The notes beneath the pieces are model-generated. The model saw only the letters and a program-made list of their open reading frames with translations. It had not been told where the DNA came from and searched no databases. From assembly GCA_963666205.1 (NCBI GenBank), contig OY762654.1:1760001-1824000 (forward strand): a DNA stretch of 64,000 nucleotides. Reading direction: 5' to 3'. Of the stretch, positions 48,103 to 57,516 are shown piece by piece; within the stretch, counting starts at the first letter, position 1, and each line of letters begins with the position of its first letter. The stretch comes from Synergistales bacterium (GTDB lineage: Bacteria > Synergistota > Synergistia > Synergistales > JAFGMB01). Made by a program: the position numbers and the translations under genes.

Positions 48103-49197
48103 GTGATATTTTTGGATAAAGTTACCGTAATTGGTGCGGGAAATGGAGGTCAGGCTGTAAGTGCATTTCTTTCGACTCAGGGTCTGGATGTAGCTCTTTT
48201 TGAACACCCTGATTTTGAGTCAAATCTTGATGGAATAAGAGAAAACGGCGGAGTTCAGTTCGAAGGACCCATAATGCAGAACTTTGCAAGGATACCTCTG
48301 GTTACAGTTGAAATTGAGGAAGCCCTTTCAGATTCTCAGATGATCATTATGATCGTTCCTTCCTATGCCCAGGAAAACATGTTCCGCCTTGCCCTTCCTT
48401 ATCTCAGAGATGGACAGGTAGTTTTTGTTCTTCCAGGGAATTTTGCGTCCCTGTGTTTTGCCAGAATAGCGAAGGAGGCTGGAAAACAGCTTTTCTTTGC
48501 TGAAGGGGCCACTATCCCCTTTGCCTGTCGAATAACGGATCCCGGGAAGATCTATGTGGGCGGTCTTAAAGAAACATTCCCGGTCGGTTGTTTTCCAGGC
48601 GGGTGTAACAATTCCGTAAAATCCTGGATCCACAAATACTTTCCTTTTAACTTCTTTTTTGCAGAAAATGTACTTGAGGCTGCTCTTTCGAACGGGAACA
48701 TGATAGTCCATCCAACCACGGCAGCACTGAACACTGGCTGGATAGAGAGTACTGGGGGAAATTTCTGTTTTTACAGGGAAGGCATGTCAGAATCGGTCTG
48801 CAGGGTAGAAGAAGCCATAGACAGGGAAAGGGTCGCCGTAGGTAAAGCCCTTGGACTGAAAATACCTCCATTTGTAGAACTTATTAACAGGTGGTACAGA
48901 CTTAATGTCAGTTCTATAAGGGAATTTGCATCTACCTCTGCTACCCATAATAATTTCGGTCATGATGCACCTTCATCTCTGAATAACAGGTATGTATCGG
49001 AGGATATCCCCTTTCTTATGGTTCCGGTTATGAGTCTTGGCAGGGTCCTGGAAATAGAGTGTCCCCTGATAGAAAGTTTTGTACGTCTTGGCTCTGTTAT
49101 CAATGGTGTTGATTATCTGCAACAGGGCAGGACCCTGCAGCAAATGGGTCTGGAAGGTATGACAAAAGGAGAAATAATAGATTTTGTAGGTGTTTGA
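48103..49197 (+). CDS. NAD/NADP-dependent opine (octopine/nopaline) dehydrogenase family
   Basis: IGAGNGGQA, LSNGNMIVHP, IDRER..VG.ALG and RYVSEDIPF. Confidence 0.88.
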   Translation: MIFLDKVTVIGAGNGGQAVSAFLSTQGLDVALFEHPDFESNLDGIRENGGVQFEGPIMQNFARIPLVTVEIEEALSDSQMIIMIVPSYAQENMFRLALPYLRDGQVVFVLPGNFASLCFARIAKEAGKQLFFAEGATIPFACRITDPGKIYVGGLKETFPVGCFPGGCNNSVKSWIHKYFPFNFFFAENVLEAALSNGNMIVHPTTAALNTGWIESTGGNFCFYREGMSESVCRVEEAIDRERVAVGKALGLKIPPFVELINRWYRLNVSSIREFASTSATHNNFGHDAPSSLNNRYVSEDIPFLMVPVMSLGRVLEIECPLIESFVRLGSVINGVDYLQQGRTLQQMGLEGMTKGEIIDFVGV

Positions 49198-49247
49198 ACC
49201 TTGATAAGAGAGCAGGAATGGAACATAGTTTAAAAGGAGGTGTCAAC

Positions 49248-50669
49248 TTGAATATTCCGGTAATAGTGGGAGCTCTTGCATTTATGGGACTGATAGTGGG
49301 AATAGGTTTCTGGTCAGGGCTCAATGTTAAATCCAGTAAATCCTTTTTCCTCGGTGGGGGAAGCCAGGGTTTCTTCCCCATAATTGCGACCCAGGCCGCC
49401 ACCAGTATAGGAGGAGGATGCATGATAGGCTGGGCCGGTTTTGGATATACCTTTGGATTCGGTGTCGCCTGGTACGGAATAGTATGTATCATTGGTCTGG
49501 CTATCCTGGTTTTTACGGTAGCTTCCTTTTTTCAGAAGAACGGATTTTATACAATACCTGACTGGATCTGTCATTCCCTCGGAGAAGACAAGTTCTTAAG
49601 AGGTATAGCTGCTCTTCTTGCCATGTGGATGCTTGTTGGAGCCTGGGCGGGGAATGCTGTTGCCACAGGTACCATAGTGAATCAGCTCACTGGATTGCCT
49701 GTAAAAATGGGAGCCCTTATAGGCGGTCTTCTTGTCCTTGGTTATTGTTCCGTTGGTGGTCTTCAGTCAGTAATAAAGGTGGATATGTTCAATTTCGTAA
49801 TACTCTGGCTTGGAGTAATTATCCTGATTCCTGCAACCCTGATCATGGCTGGCGGTTTTTCGAATATCCTTGCTTCAAATCCGGTCGTGAATCATGATAT
49901 CTGGCCTGGAATGAAAGCAGGCCTTGGCTGGTTCATTGCAGTTACACCTGGAATGATGACCATGCAGACGGCCTATCAGAGATTTTCCGCCTCAAAGAAC
50001 GAAAAGGTCGCGAAATGGGGTATTTACGGAACTATAATTTCCATTGTCATTATAGTAGCCTATGCTTCAATAACGGGAATGGCCATTCGCACAATAAACC
50101 CGGAAATAGCAAGGGGACAGATGGCTGTTCCATGGTTTGTTGTCAATAAGCTTAATCCTGTTTTTGCCATATTTATTCTTGGCGGTATCCTGGCCGCGCT
50201 TTTCTCCACCTCCGATTCAGTCCTCAATTCAGCCTCGGCAAATATTGCCAAGGATTTTTATGCAGGCATATTCAACCCTAAAGCCACCGATAAGGATATG
50301 CTCAGGGCAGGAAGGATAGCAACCATTGTTATAGGTATAGTCGGAATAGCAATTGCCCTTTACATTCCCTATATCATGAAACTGCTTATAGCAGGTTACG
50401 GTGTCAGTGCGGGAGGATTGCTTTTCCCCATATTCCTTGCCCATTACTGGAAAAGGACCACCCGAAATGGAGCCCTGGCCGGTATGATAGGCGGTTTTAT
50501 CATCGCGTTTCCCGGGGCATTTATACCATCTGTTGGAAAGGTGCTCAGCAGTTACTTCTATAATCCCATCCTTGCCGCTCTTATGATATCCCTTATCCTG
50601 ACTGTTATAGTAAGTCTTGGGACCAAAAAGGAAAAAGAACCCGTTCCCAGCGAAGCGATCGCTTCCTGA
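49248..50669 (+). CDS. Sodium:solute symporter (SSS) family
   Basis: ATSIGGG, GGLQSVIKVD, YQRF, AALFSTSDS and G.IGG; TTG 49248 after AGGAGG. Confidence 0.88.
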   Translation: MNIPVIVGALAFMGLIVGIGFWSGLNVKSSKSFFLGGGSQGFFPIIATQAATSIGGGCMIGWAGFGYTFGFGVAWYGIVCIIGLAILVFTVASFFQKNGFYTIPDWICHSLGEDKFLRGIAALLAMWMLVGAWAGNAVATGTIVNQLTGLPVKMGALIGGLLVLGYCSVGGLQSVIKVDMFNFVILWLGVIILIPATLIMAGGFSNILASNPVVNHDIWPGMKAGLGWFIAVTPGMMTMQTAYQRFSASKNEKVAKWGIYGTIISIVIIVAYASITGMAIRTINPEIARGQMAVPWFVVNKLNPVFAIFILGGILAALFSTSDSVLNSASANIAKDFYAGIFNPKATDKDMLRAGRIATIVIGIVGIAIALYIPYIMKLLIAGYGVSAGGLLFPIFLAHYWKRTTRNGALAGMIGGFIIAFPGAFIPSVGKVLSSYFYNPILAALMISLILTVIVSLGTKKEKEPVPSEAIAS

Positions 50670-50691
50670 TACTGATTTTATGTCTGCATCT

Positions 50692-50731
50692 TTCCTGACC
50701 CTGATCATACTGATCGTATCAGGGTCAGGAA
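50692..50731. terminator. 14-bp stem hairpin between SSS and gntR
   Basis: ttcctgaccctgat-N12-atcagggtcaggaa. Confidence 0.5.
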
Positions 50732-50838
50732 TTGTTATTTCCAGAAGACACGCATTTGACATATCAGGTCCTGATAATGCACTATTATTCCATGTAGTAA
50801 AGTTAATGAAGACCACCATGGGGTGTGGAGGGGAAATA

Positions 50839-51531
50839 ATGAATAAAACCGTTAAGGCAGAGGATAGAGCCCACAGGGAAATACTGAACCTCATCATTCA
50901 ACAGAAATTTGGTCCTGGTGAGGTGATAATGGAAGCGGAGCTCACCCCCATGCTTGAAATGAGCAGAACTCCTGTCAGGGCAGCCCTTGGAAGGCTTGCT
51001 ACAGAAGGTCTGATCGAAAAACATCCTGGGACAAAAAGTTATATTATCCCCCCTGTAACTCCTGAAGACCTCAGACAGGTATTTCACGTAAGAAGCGTGC
51101 TTGAATCTGATGCGGCATCGCAAGCCGCTATTTGCGCTTCAGAAAATGAAAAGAAAAGACTCAAGGAGATACTGGAGCAGGAGAACAGCTATGACTTTTC
51201 CAGGAATTCTTTTGATTATTCTGCTTTCAGCCAGTATTTTGAACCTTCCCAGCGACTTCATTTTGCAATCGCTGATGTCTGTCACAATGCCTATCTCAAA
51301 AGATTTATCCTTCCAGCGTACTGGAGGTCTCAGCTCTATTTCTATTTCTTTGACAGTTTCTCTTTTTTGAGCAGGAAACAGGCAGCAGATCCTATTAATA
51401 TCCATCTTGAAAAAAGTGTGGAAGAACACAATCGTATAGTTGATGCAATTCTTTCCAGAGATAGTGAAGGTGCCCGAAAGGCGATGAAGGAACATCTTGA
51501 AACTACCATGTCCATTCTCAGGCCTTTCTGA
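50839..51531 (+). CDS. GntR/FCD-family regulator
   Basis: MSRTPVRAAL HTH and EEHNRIVDAI..RD..MKEHL; ATG 50839 after GGAGG. Confidence 0.88.
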   Translation: MNKTVKAEDRAHREILNLIIQQKFGPGEVIMEAELTPMLEMSRTPVRAALGRLATEGLIEKHPGTKSYIIPPVTPEDLRQVFHVRSVLESDAASQAAICASENEKKRLKEILEQENSYDFSRNSFDYSAFSQYFEPSQRLHFAIADVCHNAYLKRFILPAYWRSQLYFYFFDSFSFLSRKQAADPINIHLEKSVEEHNRIVDAILSRDSEGARKAMKEHLETTMSILRPF

Positions 51532-51590
51532 AGGAGGTCCCCAAAAAGCAGATATCAGAATAAGAAACAACCAGGGAAAAAGGAAGGATC

Positions 51591-52169
51591 ATGGCCATGA
51601 ATGAAGTGATAAGTAACATCAAAACCCGAAGGAGTATCCGAAAATATCAGCCTGTCCAGGTGGAGCAGGAAAAGCTGGATGCCATTCTTGACGCTGCCAT
51701 ACATGCTCCAAGCGGGAACAACCAGCAGCCCTGGCACTTCCTGTTAGTTCAGGACAATGGCATTATCGAAGATCTGGACCTCAGGATCAGGAAAAGCATG
51801 GCGGAAAGTGGAATTTCCAGGATGGTTAAATTGGGCGAAGATCCGAAGTATCGTGTCTTTTTCCATGCCCCTATAATCGTAATAGTATCTGGCAATGAGA
51901 TTAATTATGCCCCGGAGGGGCACCTCATTCCCTTTGCTGACTGCTGCGCAGCCATACAGAACATGCTCCTGGCTGCCCACAGCCTGGGAGTAGGGTCCTG
52001 CTGGATCGGCCTCGCCCGTTACCTTTTCCGACATCCTGAAAGAATGAAAGATCTACCTATCCCCGAAGGATTCAAACCATATTATGCCGTCTGCCTCGGT
52101 TATCCGGATCCATCCTTCAGGACAAACTGTCCGAAGAGAAAAGAGGGAGTAGTGGATTATCTGAGATAA
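51591..52169 (+). CDS. Nitroreductase-family protein
   Basis: RRSIRKY, APSGNNQQPWHF, QNMLLAAHSLGVGSCWIG and LGYP. Confidence 0.92.
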   Translation: MAMNEVISNIKTRRSIRKYQPVQVEQEKLDAILDAAIHAPSGNNQQPWHFLLVQDNGIIEDLDLRIRKSMAESGISRMVKLGEDPKYRVFFHAPIIVIVSGNEINYAPEGHLIPFADCCAAIQNMLLAAHSLGVGSCWIGLARYLFRHPERMKDLPIPEGFKPYYAVCLGYPDPSFRTNCPKRKEGVVDYLR

Positions 52170-52270
52170 TGTCAATCAGTTTGTTTATCAATAAAAATTT
52201 CAGAAGCATACTATAGAATATAAAGTTTCCTGTATGCTTCTGAATTCTTATAAGTTTGTGTTTAAATTTA

Positions 52271-53161
52271 TTAATCGACAAATTTGGGGAGAAATTCCTT
52301 TTCCAGTTCTCTGAATTGAGGGAACCCCACAAGATCCTTAAAATCTGAGAATGGAACTACGAGGTCTGTCCTCTCAGGAGCTATTTTATCTCCTTTTATT
52401 ACTTCCAGATAGTTGATCATTCCCTGTACAGCTGCAAAGAGTGGTCCCACTGGCAAGCTTATTCGGGCCACTCCCATCTCGCGAAGTTTTTCTATGGCAA
52501 TTAGTGGGGTTTTACCTCCTACCACAGCATCCATAAGATTGATACTTACAGGGGCATTTATTCCCTTGACTATTTCATTTATCTGTTTAGGGGAGCGGGG
52601 AGCTTCTACAAAAATAAGATCTGCCCCTGCTTCTGCATATGCGTTCCCCCTCCGGATAGCTTCATCAACTCCTGACACAGCTATAGCATCAGTCCTTGCA
52701 TTGATTACAAAGTCCGGATCTAAATTTTTCTTTACGGATTTGCAGGCTTTTATCTTGAGGACCATTTCATCAAGAGAGACTATCTGTTTTCCTTCAAGGT
52801 GCCCACATCGTTTAGGAAAAAACTGGTCCTCAATATTCATTCCCGCTGCACCCGCCCTGATAAGCTTTTCTGTTACATATCTCGCATTGATGGCATTGCC
52901 GAATCCAGTGTCAGCATCAGCCATTACCGGAATATTCACTGCATCGATGATATTTCTTGTAAATTCCAGCATCTCACTGAAACTCAAAAAAGCCATGTCA
53001 GGCATTCCAAGATAGGTTGCAGCAAGGCCAAAACCACTGACTTGAAGGGCTTTAAAACCTGCTTTTTCTATCAATTTGGCGGAGAGGGCATCCTGTGCTC
53101 CAGGACAAACAAGGGCCTGTTTATCCAGGAGCATGTTTTTCAATTGCGTTGTTTTTCTCAT
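52271..53161 (-). CDS. Isocitrate lyase / PEP mutase family C-C lyase (2-methylisocitrate or 2,3-dimethylmalate lyase-like)
   Basis: DALSA, ADADTGFG, IEDQ..PKRCGH, INARTDA and GADLIFVE. Confidence 0.88.
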   Translation of the reverse strand: MRKTTQLKNMLLDKQALVCPGAQDALSAKLIEKAGFKALQVSGFGLAATYLGMPDMAFLSFSEMLEFTRNIIDAVNIPVMADADTGFGNAINARYVTEKLIRAGAAGMNIEDQFFPKRCGHLEGKQIVSLDEMVLKIKACKSVKKNLDPDFVINARTDAIAVSGVDEAIRRGNAYAEAGADLIFVEAPRSPKQINEIVKGINAPVSINLMDAVVGGKTPLIAIEKLREMGVARISLPVGPLFAAVQGMINYLEVIKGDKIAPERTDLVVPFSDFKDLVGFPQFRELEKEFLPKFVD

Positions 53162-53232
53162 CCGTTTCCTCCTGTTTATATTGACCGTGATGTATGGTTT
53201 TAAGGTTTAATCCGAGTTTCTGTAATCATAAT

Positions 53233-53733
53233 TTATAGTGAATTTCCATAGCCCTTTCTCTTTCTAAGAAAGCCCACGAGGCCACCTTCTTTAAGGATAT
53301 CAATCATAACGTTGGGCATGGATTCTACTCTTGTTTCAGTTCCCTTTGTAATATTGAAAAGGGTTCCTGACTCTACATTGTATTCCAGTTCATCCTCATC
53401 TGATATGGCAGAAGTATCACATTCCACAATAGACAGTCCAACATTTATTGCGTTCCTGAAAAATATTCTGCCGAAGGAAGAGGCTACAATGCAGCCGACG
53501 CCTGCGTTCTTTAGCGCGAGAGGGGCCTGTTCTCTTGACGAACCGCACCCGAAATTTTCTCCCCCTACAACAAAATCACCTTTACTTAGTCTGCTATGAA
53601 AATCAGGGTCCAGATCTTCCATGGCATGTTCGGCTAGAATGGACATGTTTAGAGTTTTTGTATATTTGCCGGCAATAATAAGGTCTGTATTGATATCATC
53701 ACCGTATTTCAGAGCTTTCCCATATAGTTTCAT
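53233..53733 (-). CDS. LeuD/HacB/DmdB-type hydro-lyase small subunit
   Basis: GDDINTD, NFGCGSSREQA and RIFFRNAIN. Confidence 0.9.
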   Translation of the reverse strand: MKLYGKALKYGDDINTDLIIAGKYTKTLNMSILAEHAMEDLDPDFHSRLSKGDFVVGGENFGCGSSREQAPLALKNAGVGCIVASSFGRIFFRNAINVGLSIVECDTSAISDEDELEYNVESGTLFNITKGTETRVESMPNVMIDILKEGGLVGFLRKRKGYGNSL

Positions 53734-53735
53734 TT

Positions 53736-54962
53736 TTAGGCCTCCATCTTGCGGGGATCAGTAATTTTCCCTGTCAGGGAACTTGCTGCTGCTGTAGCCG
53801 GAGAGGCAAGATATATACAGGCTTTATTATTTCCCATCCTTCCCTTGAAGTTTCTGTTCGTTGTTGAGAGAACATTTTCATTGTCTCCAGGAATTCCATT
53901 ATGTGTACCAACGCAGGCTCCACAGCCTATAGGAGCCAGGGTTGCACCGGCATTGAGAAGAGTGGAAATGATTCCTTCTTCAATGGCCTGTAACAATATT
54001 TTTTTTGAAGCTGGAGCGACCAGAAACCTTACAGAGGGGTGGATTTTCCTACCCTCAAGGATTTTTGCCGCAATCCTGAGATCATCGACCCGGGCATTTG
54101 TACAGCTTCCCAGGAATATCTGTTGGATTGGAATCCCTTCAACCTCAGGAATTGAACAAACATTATCTACCGTATGGGGTTTTGCTACCATAGGGGAAAG
54201 TTTTGAGAGATCAACTTCCACATATCTCTCTATCACAGCTCCGGCATCTGATTGAAGGCCTGTCGAGGAATCACAGATAACACCGCATTTCGCTCCCATC
54301 TCTACCACCATATTGCAAATGGTCATTTTTTCAGAAAGAGAGATCGCTTCAAGGAAGTCTCCATGAAATTCTATAGCTTTATATACAGCACCCTGTGCAC
54401 CTAAAGTTCCGACTATTGAAAGAATAAGGTCTTTGGCAAAGACTCCATCTGGTAGATTTCCATTGAGGTTTATCTTGATAGTCTGTGGAATCCTGAACCA
54501 TGATTTACCTGTAAACATGGCTGCAGCGAGATCAGTTGAACCGACACCAATGGAGATAGTCCCGACTGCTCCATAGGTACATGTATGGGAATCAGCACCA
54601 AGGACAAGATCTCCTGCTTTAACGTACTCATTTTCTATAATAAGTTGGTGACATATCCCTTCCCCAATGTCATGAAACAGGCATGCCTGTTTCATGGAGA
54701 ATTCCCGAATGAGACTGTGCAGGTTGGCAATATTCTGATTCGGAGCGGGGGTGGCATGGTCAAGAATAAACACAGTGCCTCGGGGTTTTGCGATATAGAG
54801 ACCTCCCATTTCTTCGAAAGCCTTGATCGCAAGAGGGCCTGTAGTGTCAGAAGCCATAACAAGATCAACATCACATATGTGGTATGACCCCGACCTGGCG
54901 AGGGATCCTGAGTGTTTAGAAAAAACCTGTTCAGTTATTGTAAGGGGAGTAACCTTGTTCAT
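53736..54962 (-). CDS. LeuC/HacA/DmdA-type Fe-S hydro-lyase large subunit
   Basis: GICHQ, DSHTCTYG, GSCTN, CGACVG and NRNFKGRMG. Confidence 0.9.
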   Translation of the reverse strand: MNKVTPLTITEQVFSKHSGSLARSGSYHICDVDLVMASDTTGPLAIKAFEEMGGLYIAKPRGTVFILDHATPAPNQNIANLHSLIREFSMKQACLFHDIGEGICHQLIIENEYVKAGDLVLGADSHTCTYGAVGTISIGVGSTDLAAAMFTGKSWFRIPQTIKINLNGNLPDGVFAKDLILSIVGTLGAQGAVYKAIEFHGDFLEAISLSEKMTICNMVVEMGAKCGVICDSSTGLQSDAGAVIERYVEVDLSKLSPMVAKPHTVDNVCSIPEVEGIPIQQIFLGSCTNARVDDLRIAAKILEGRKIHPSVRFLVAPASKKILLQAIEEGIISTLLNAGATLAPIGCGACVGTHNGIPGDNENVLSTTNRNFKGRMGNNKACIYLASPATAAASSLTGKITDPRKMEA

Positions 54963-55723
54963 TTGTTCCCATCCTTGTAACCAAGGGATCTTGATATATC
55001 TCCGGTTGCTTTAAGAATGAGATCAACAAATTGATTGACACGTTCAGGGGTAAATCTTATTGTTGCTCCTGAGATGGTTAATCCTGCAACTACAGTTCCA
55101 TCCCACCTTCTGATAGGGGCAGATACGGTTGAGGCCCCAGGTATTCTTTCACCATGTGAAACAGCAAAACCTTTTTTTATGATTTCGTCCAACTGCTTGT
55201 TTATTTCAATCATAGTCTGGTCTAACTCTCCCAGATTGTCTTTAATTATTTTATGAGCGTCCTCTCTATTCATATATGCGAGCAGAAGCTTTCCGGATGC
55301 AGCCGAATATAAGGGGAGTCTTTTCCCTATTGTTGCAGAATATCTCAAGGTATGAGAGCTGTCGATCTTATCTATGCAGAGCCTGGAACCTTCCATCACA
55401 ATATTGATCTCTATGGTTTCCTGGGTAAGCATTGATAGTTCTTCCATGACTGGTCTGGATACTTCCCGGAGTCTTAGTTTGGATTCAGCAACCTTCCCAA
55501 GCTGGAAAAGAGCCATACCTAGAGAATATTCCTGTGTGGCCTGATCTCGTTGGAGGAAGGCTTGATCATGTAGAGATGCTACAAGTCGGATAATTGTTGT
55601 TTTTGGTAATTTTACAGATTCAACTATTTCAGAAAGCTGCATCTGAGGTTTATCAAAACTGAAACACTTAAGGATGCTTAAAGCTCTTTCGACAGATCTT
55701 ACCGGGTTATGAGAGTTTTTCAT
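54959..55723 (-). CDS. IclR-family regulator
   Basis: RSVERALSIL, LPKTTIIRL, ASGKLLLA and SAPI..TISG. Confidence 0.92.
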   Translation of the reverse strand: MKNSHNPVRSVERALSILKCFSFDKPQMQLSEIVESVKLPKTTIIRLVASLHDQAFLQRDQATQEYSLGMALFQLGKVAESKLRLREVSRPVMEELSMLTQETIEINIVMEGSRLCIDKIDSSHTLRYSATIGKRLPLYSAASGKLLLAYMNREDAHKIIKDNLGELDQTMIEINKQLDEIIKKGFAVSHGERIPGASTVSAPIRRWDGTVVAGLTISGATIRFTPERVNQFVDLILKATGDISRSLGYKDGNK

Positions 55724-55746
55724 TTTATATCTCCTCTCTGAGTTAA

Positions 55747-55936
55747 GTCCATTAAATGGTTTTAAATACCATAATAATAGTTAGATTATAGGTATGTTCC
55801 AGGGCATTTGTCAAATAGATAGGATTGTAATATTGCTAACATATAGATTTAAAAAGTGCAAACTTGACAAAAACGCTATGCCATAGGATATTATACCCAT
55901 GGTCTATAGAACGGGAACAAAGTCCATCTAATGGAC
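55747..55936. promoter_or_regulatory. Divergent promoter region with two GTCCAT-N3-ATGG(AC/TT) palindromes (candidate IclR operators)
   Basis: gtccattaaatggtt (55747-55761) and gtccatctaatggac (55922-55936); ttgaca near 55865. Confidence 0.65.
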
Positions 55937-56031
55937 CTAATCCACTTGTAACAAAATTCATCTTGATTTGAGATAAGTTATTAAGGAATGAGAAACATAA
56001 AATTAAAGTATGTCAGGGAGGTAAGTGAAAT

Positions 56032-56967
56032 ATGAGGAAAAGTATTTTGGCGTTCTTGATGATGTCTTTGGCTATTGTGGTTATCTTTCCTCTAACGTCA
56101 GGAGCGGCTCCGTTTCCAGAGAAGGAGATAAATTTTATCGTAGCGTATAATCCTGGTGGGGGTTCTGATACGACTGCAAGAATTTTTGCGAAGTTTGCTA
56201 ACAAATATCTTGCTAAACCCATCATAATTGTCAATTATCCTGGCGGTGGTGGTTCCATAGGTCAGCAGAGGGGTGCTCTTGCCGAGCCCGACGGATATAC
56301 CCTAACCCTTATTACTACGTCTCTTACTATTCATCCTTTAACAAAGAAGCTTCAGTATGATTATTCTTCATTCAAGCCTGTAGTACAGTTAACGAATGTC
56401 CCGGACATTCTCATGGTAAGAGGTAATGACGAGGATCTAAATTCTGCTGAAAAATTCCTTGCATATGCCAAAGAAAAACCTAATGCCATAACTGTATCTA
56501 CTTCCGGCGTAGGAGCCACAGATCATTTTACTGCCCAGGTACTTCAGGAGGAGGCTGATATTAAACTTACTCTTGTTCCATACGGTGCAGATGCAAAGGT
56601 GGGTCTTCTTGGCGGACATGTCAGTGCTGCAGTGGGGGGTCCCGAGGATGTCTTTGATCTTCCCGATCTGAAGGCCATACTTGTTTTTGCTGAGGAGAGG
56701 CTCGATACTCTTCCTGATGTTCCCACTGCCAGGGAATTGGGGATAAAATGGGAAAGCTCAGTATGGAGAGGAATTGCTGTTCCCAAGGATACTAATGCTG
56801 AAGTAATTGAATATCTTGGGAAAATATGTAAACAGACAATGGATGATCCTGAGTATCAGAAAACGATGGCCGATCTTGGACTAGGTTTCCAATATCTCGA
56901 TGGGCCTTCTTTTGCGAATAAAATAAAGAATCAGGCTGACACTTACAAGCGCCTTATGGGCAAGTAG
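56032..56967 (+). CDS. tctC: Tripartite tricarboxylate transporter substrate-binding protein (TctC/Bug)
   Basis: Signal peptide; PGGGSDTTAR, PGGGGSIG, PDGYTL and LPDVPT.RELG. Confidence 0.9.
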   Translation: MRKSILAFLMMSLAIVVIFPLTSGAAPFPEKEINFIVAYNPGGGSDTTARIFAKFANKYLAKPIIIVNYPGGGGSIGQQRGALAEPDGYTLTLITTSLTIHPLTKKLQYDYSSFKPVVQLTNVPDILMVRGNDEDLNSAEKFLAYAKEKPNAITVSTSGVGATDHFTAQVLQEEADIKLTLVPYGADAKVGLLGGHVSAAVGGPEDVFDLPDLKAILVFAEERLDTLPDVPTARELGIKWESSVWRGIAVPKDTNAEVIEYLGKICKQTMDDPEYQKTMADLGLGFQYLDGPSFANKIKNQADTYKRLMGK

Positions 56968-57057
56968 TCGTAGCAATATTATGAAAACATGGGTTGGCGA
57001 AGGTCAAGTAAACTTTGCCAACCTTTTTTCTAGAAAGCGAGGAAGATCTAAAATATT

Positions 57058-57501
57058 ATGTTACGTAAAAATGGAGAATTAATAATATATGGAGTTTGTG
57101 TCATTCTTTGCGTATTTTTTCTTTTTGTTATCAAAGATCTTCCGGCAACGGCACGAAACTTTCCTCAATTCAGTTTAATATCCCTGATTGTTGTAGCCGG
57201 TTTGGGTTTTATCAAAACATTACTGTCTCTGCAAAAATCTGATAAAGAGAAGGCAGCTGCGGATTGTGGAGGAGAAAGGAAATTCCTATTTACCCTTCTA
57301 TTATCAGTTCTTTTTGTTTTTTCAATGAAATATCTTGGGTTTTATACAGCATCTTTACTGTACCTTACATCACTTATGTATCTCTTAAATATCAGGAAGA
57401 TCAAGGTTGTCTTAATGGCGAACATTGTGTTTCTTACAGGGATTTACCTGGTATTTTCTCTTTTTCTCAACGTTCCTGTTGAGAAAGGGATATTTTTTTA
57501 A
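57058..57501 (+). CDS. tctB: TctB-like small membrane subunit
   Basis: Four TM segments, FP and LGFY motifs; located between tctC and tctA. Confidence 0.82.
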   Translation: MLRKNGELIIYGVCVILCVFFLFVIKDLPATARNFPQFSLISLIVVAGLGFIKTLLSLQKSDKEKAAADCGGERKFLFTLLLSVLFVFSMKYLGFYTASLLYLTSLMYLLNIRKIKVVLMANIVFLTGIYLVFSLFLNVPVEKGIFF

Positions 57502-57516
57502 GAGTCACAGGAGGAA

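Noticed and set aside
50617-50838. N-terminal extensions in the ORF track (also at 3404, 18156, 19239, 21447, 49194)
   Set aside because: Downstream starts have clear RBSs or stop-start overlaps and match family N-termini; the extensions overlap neighbours or hairpins.
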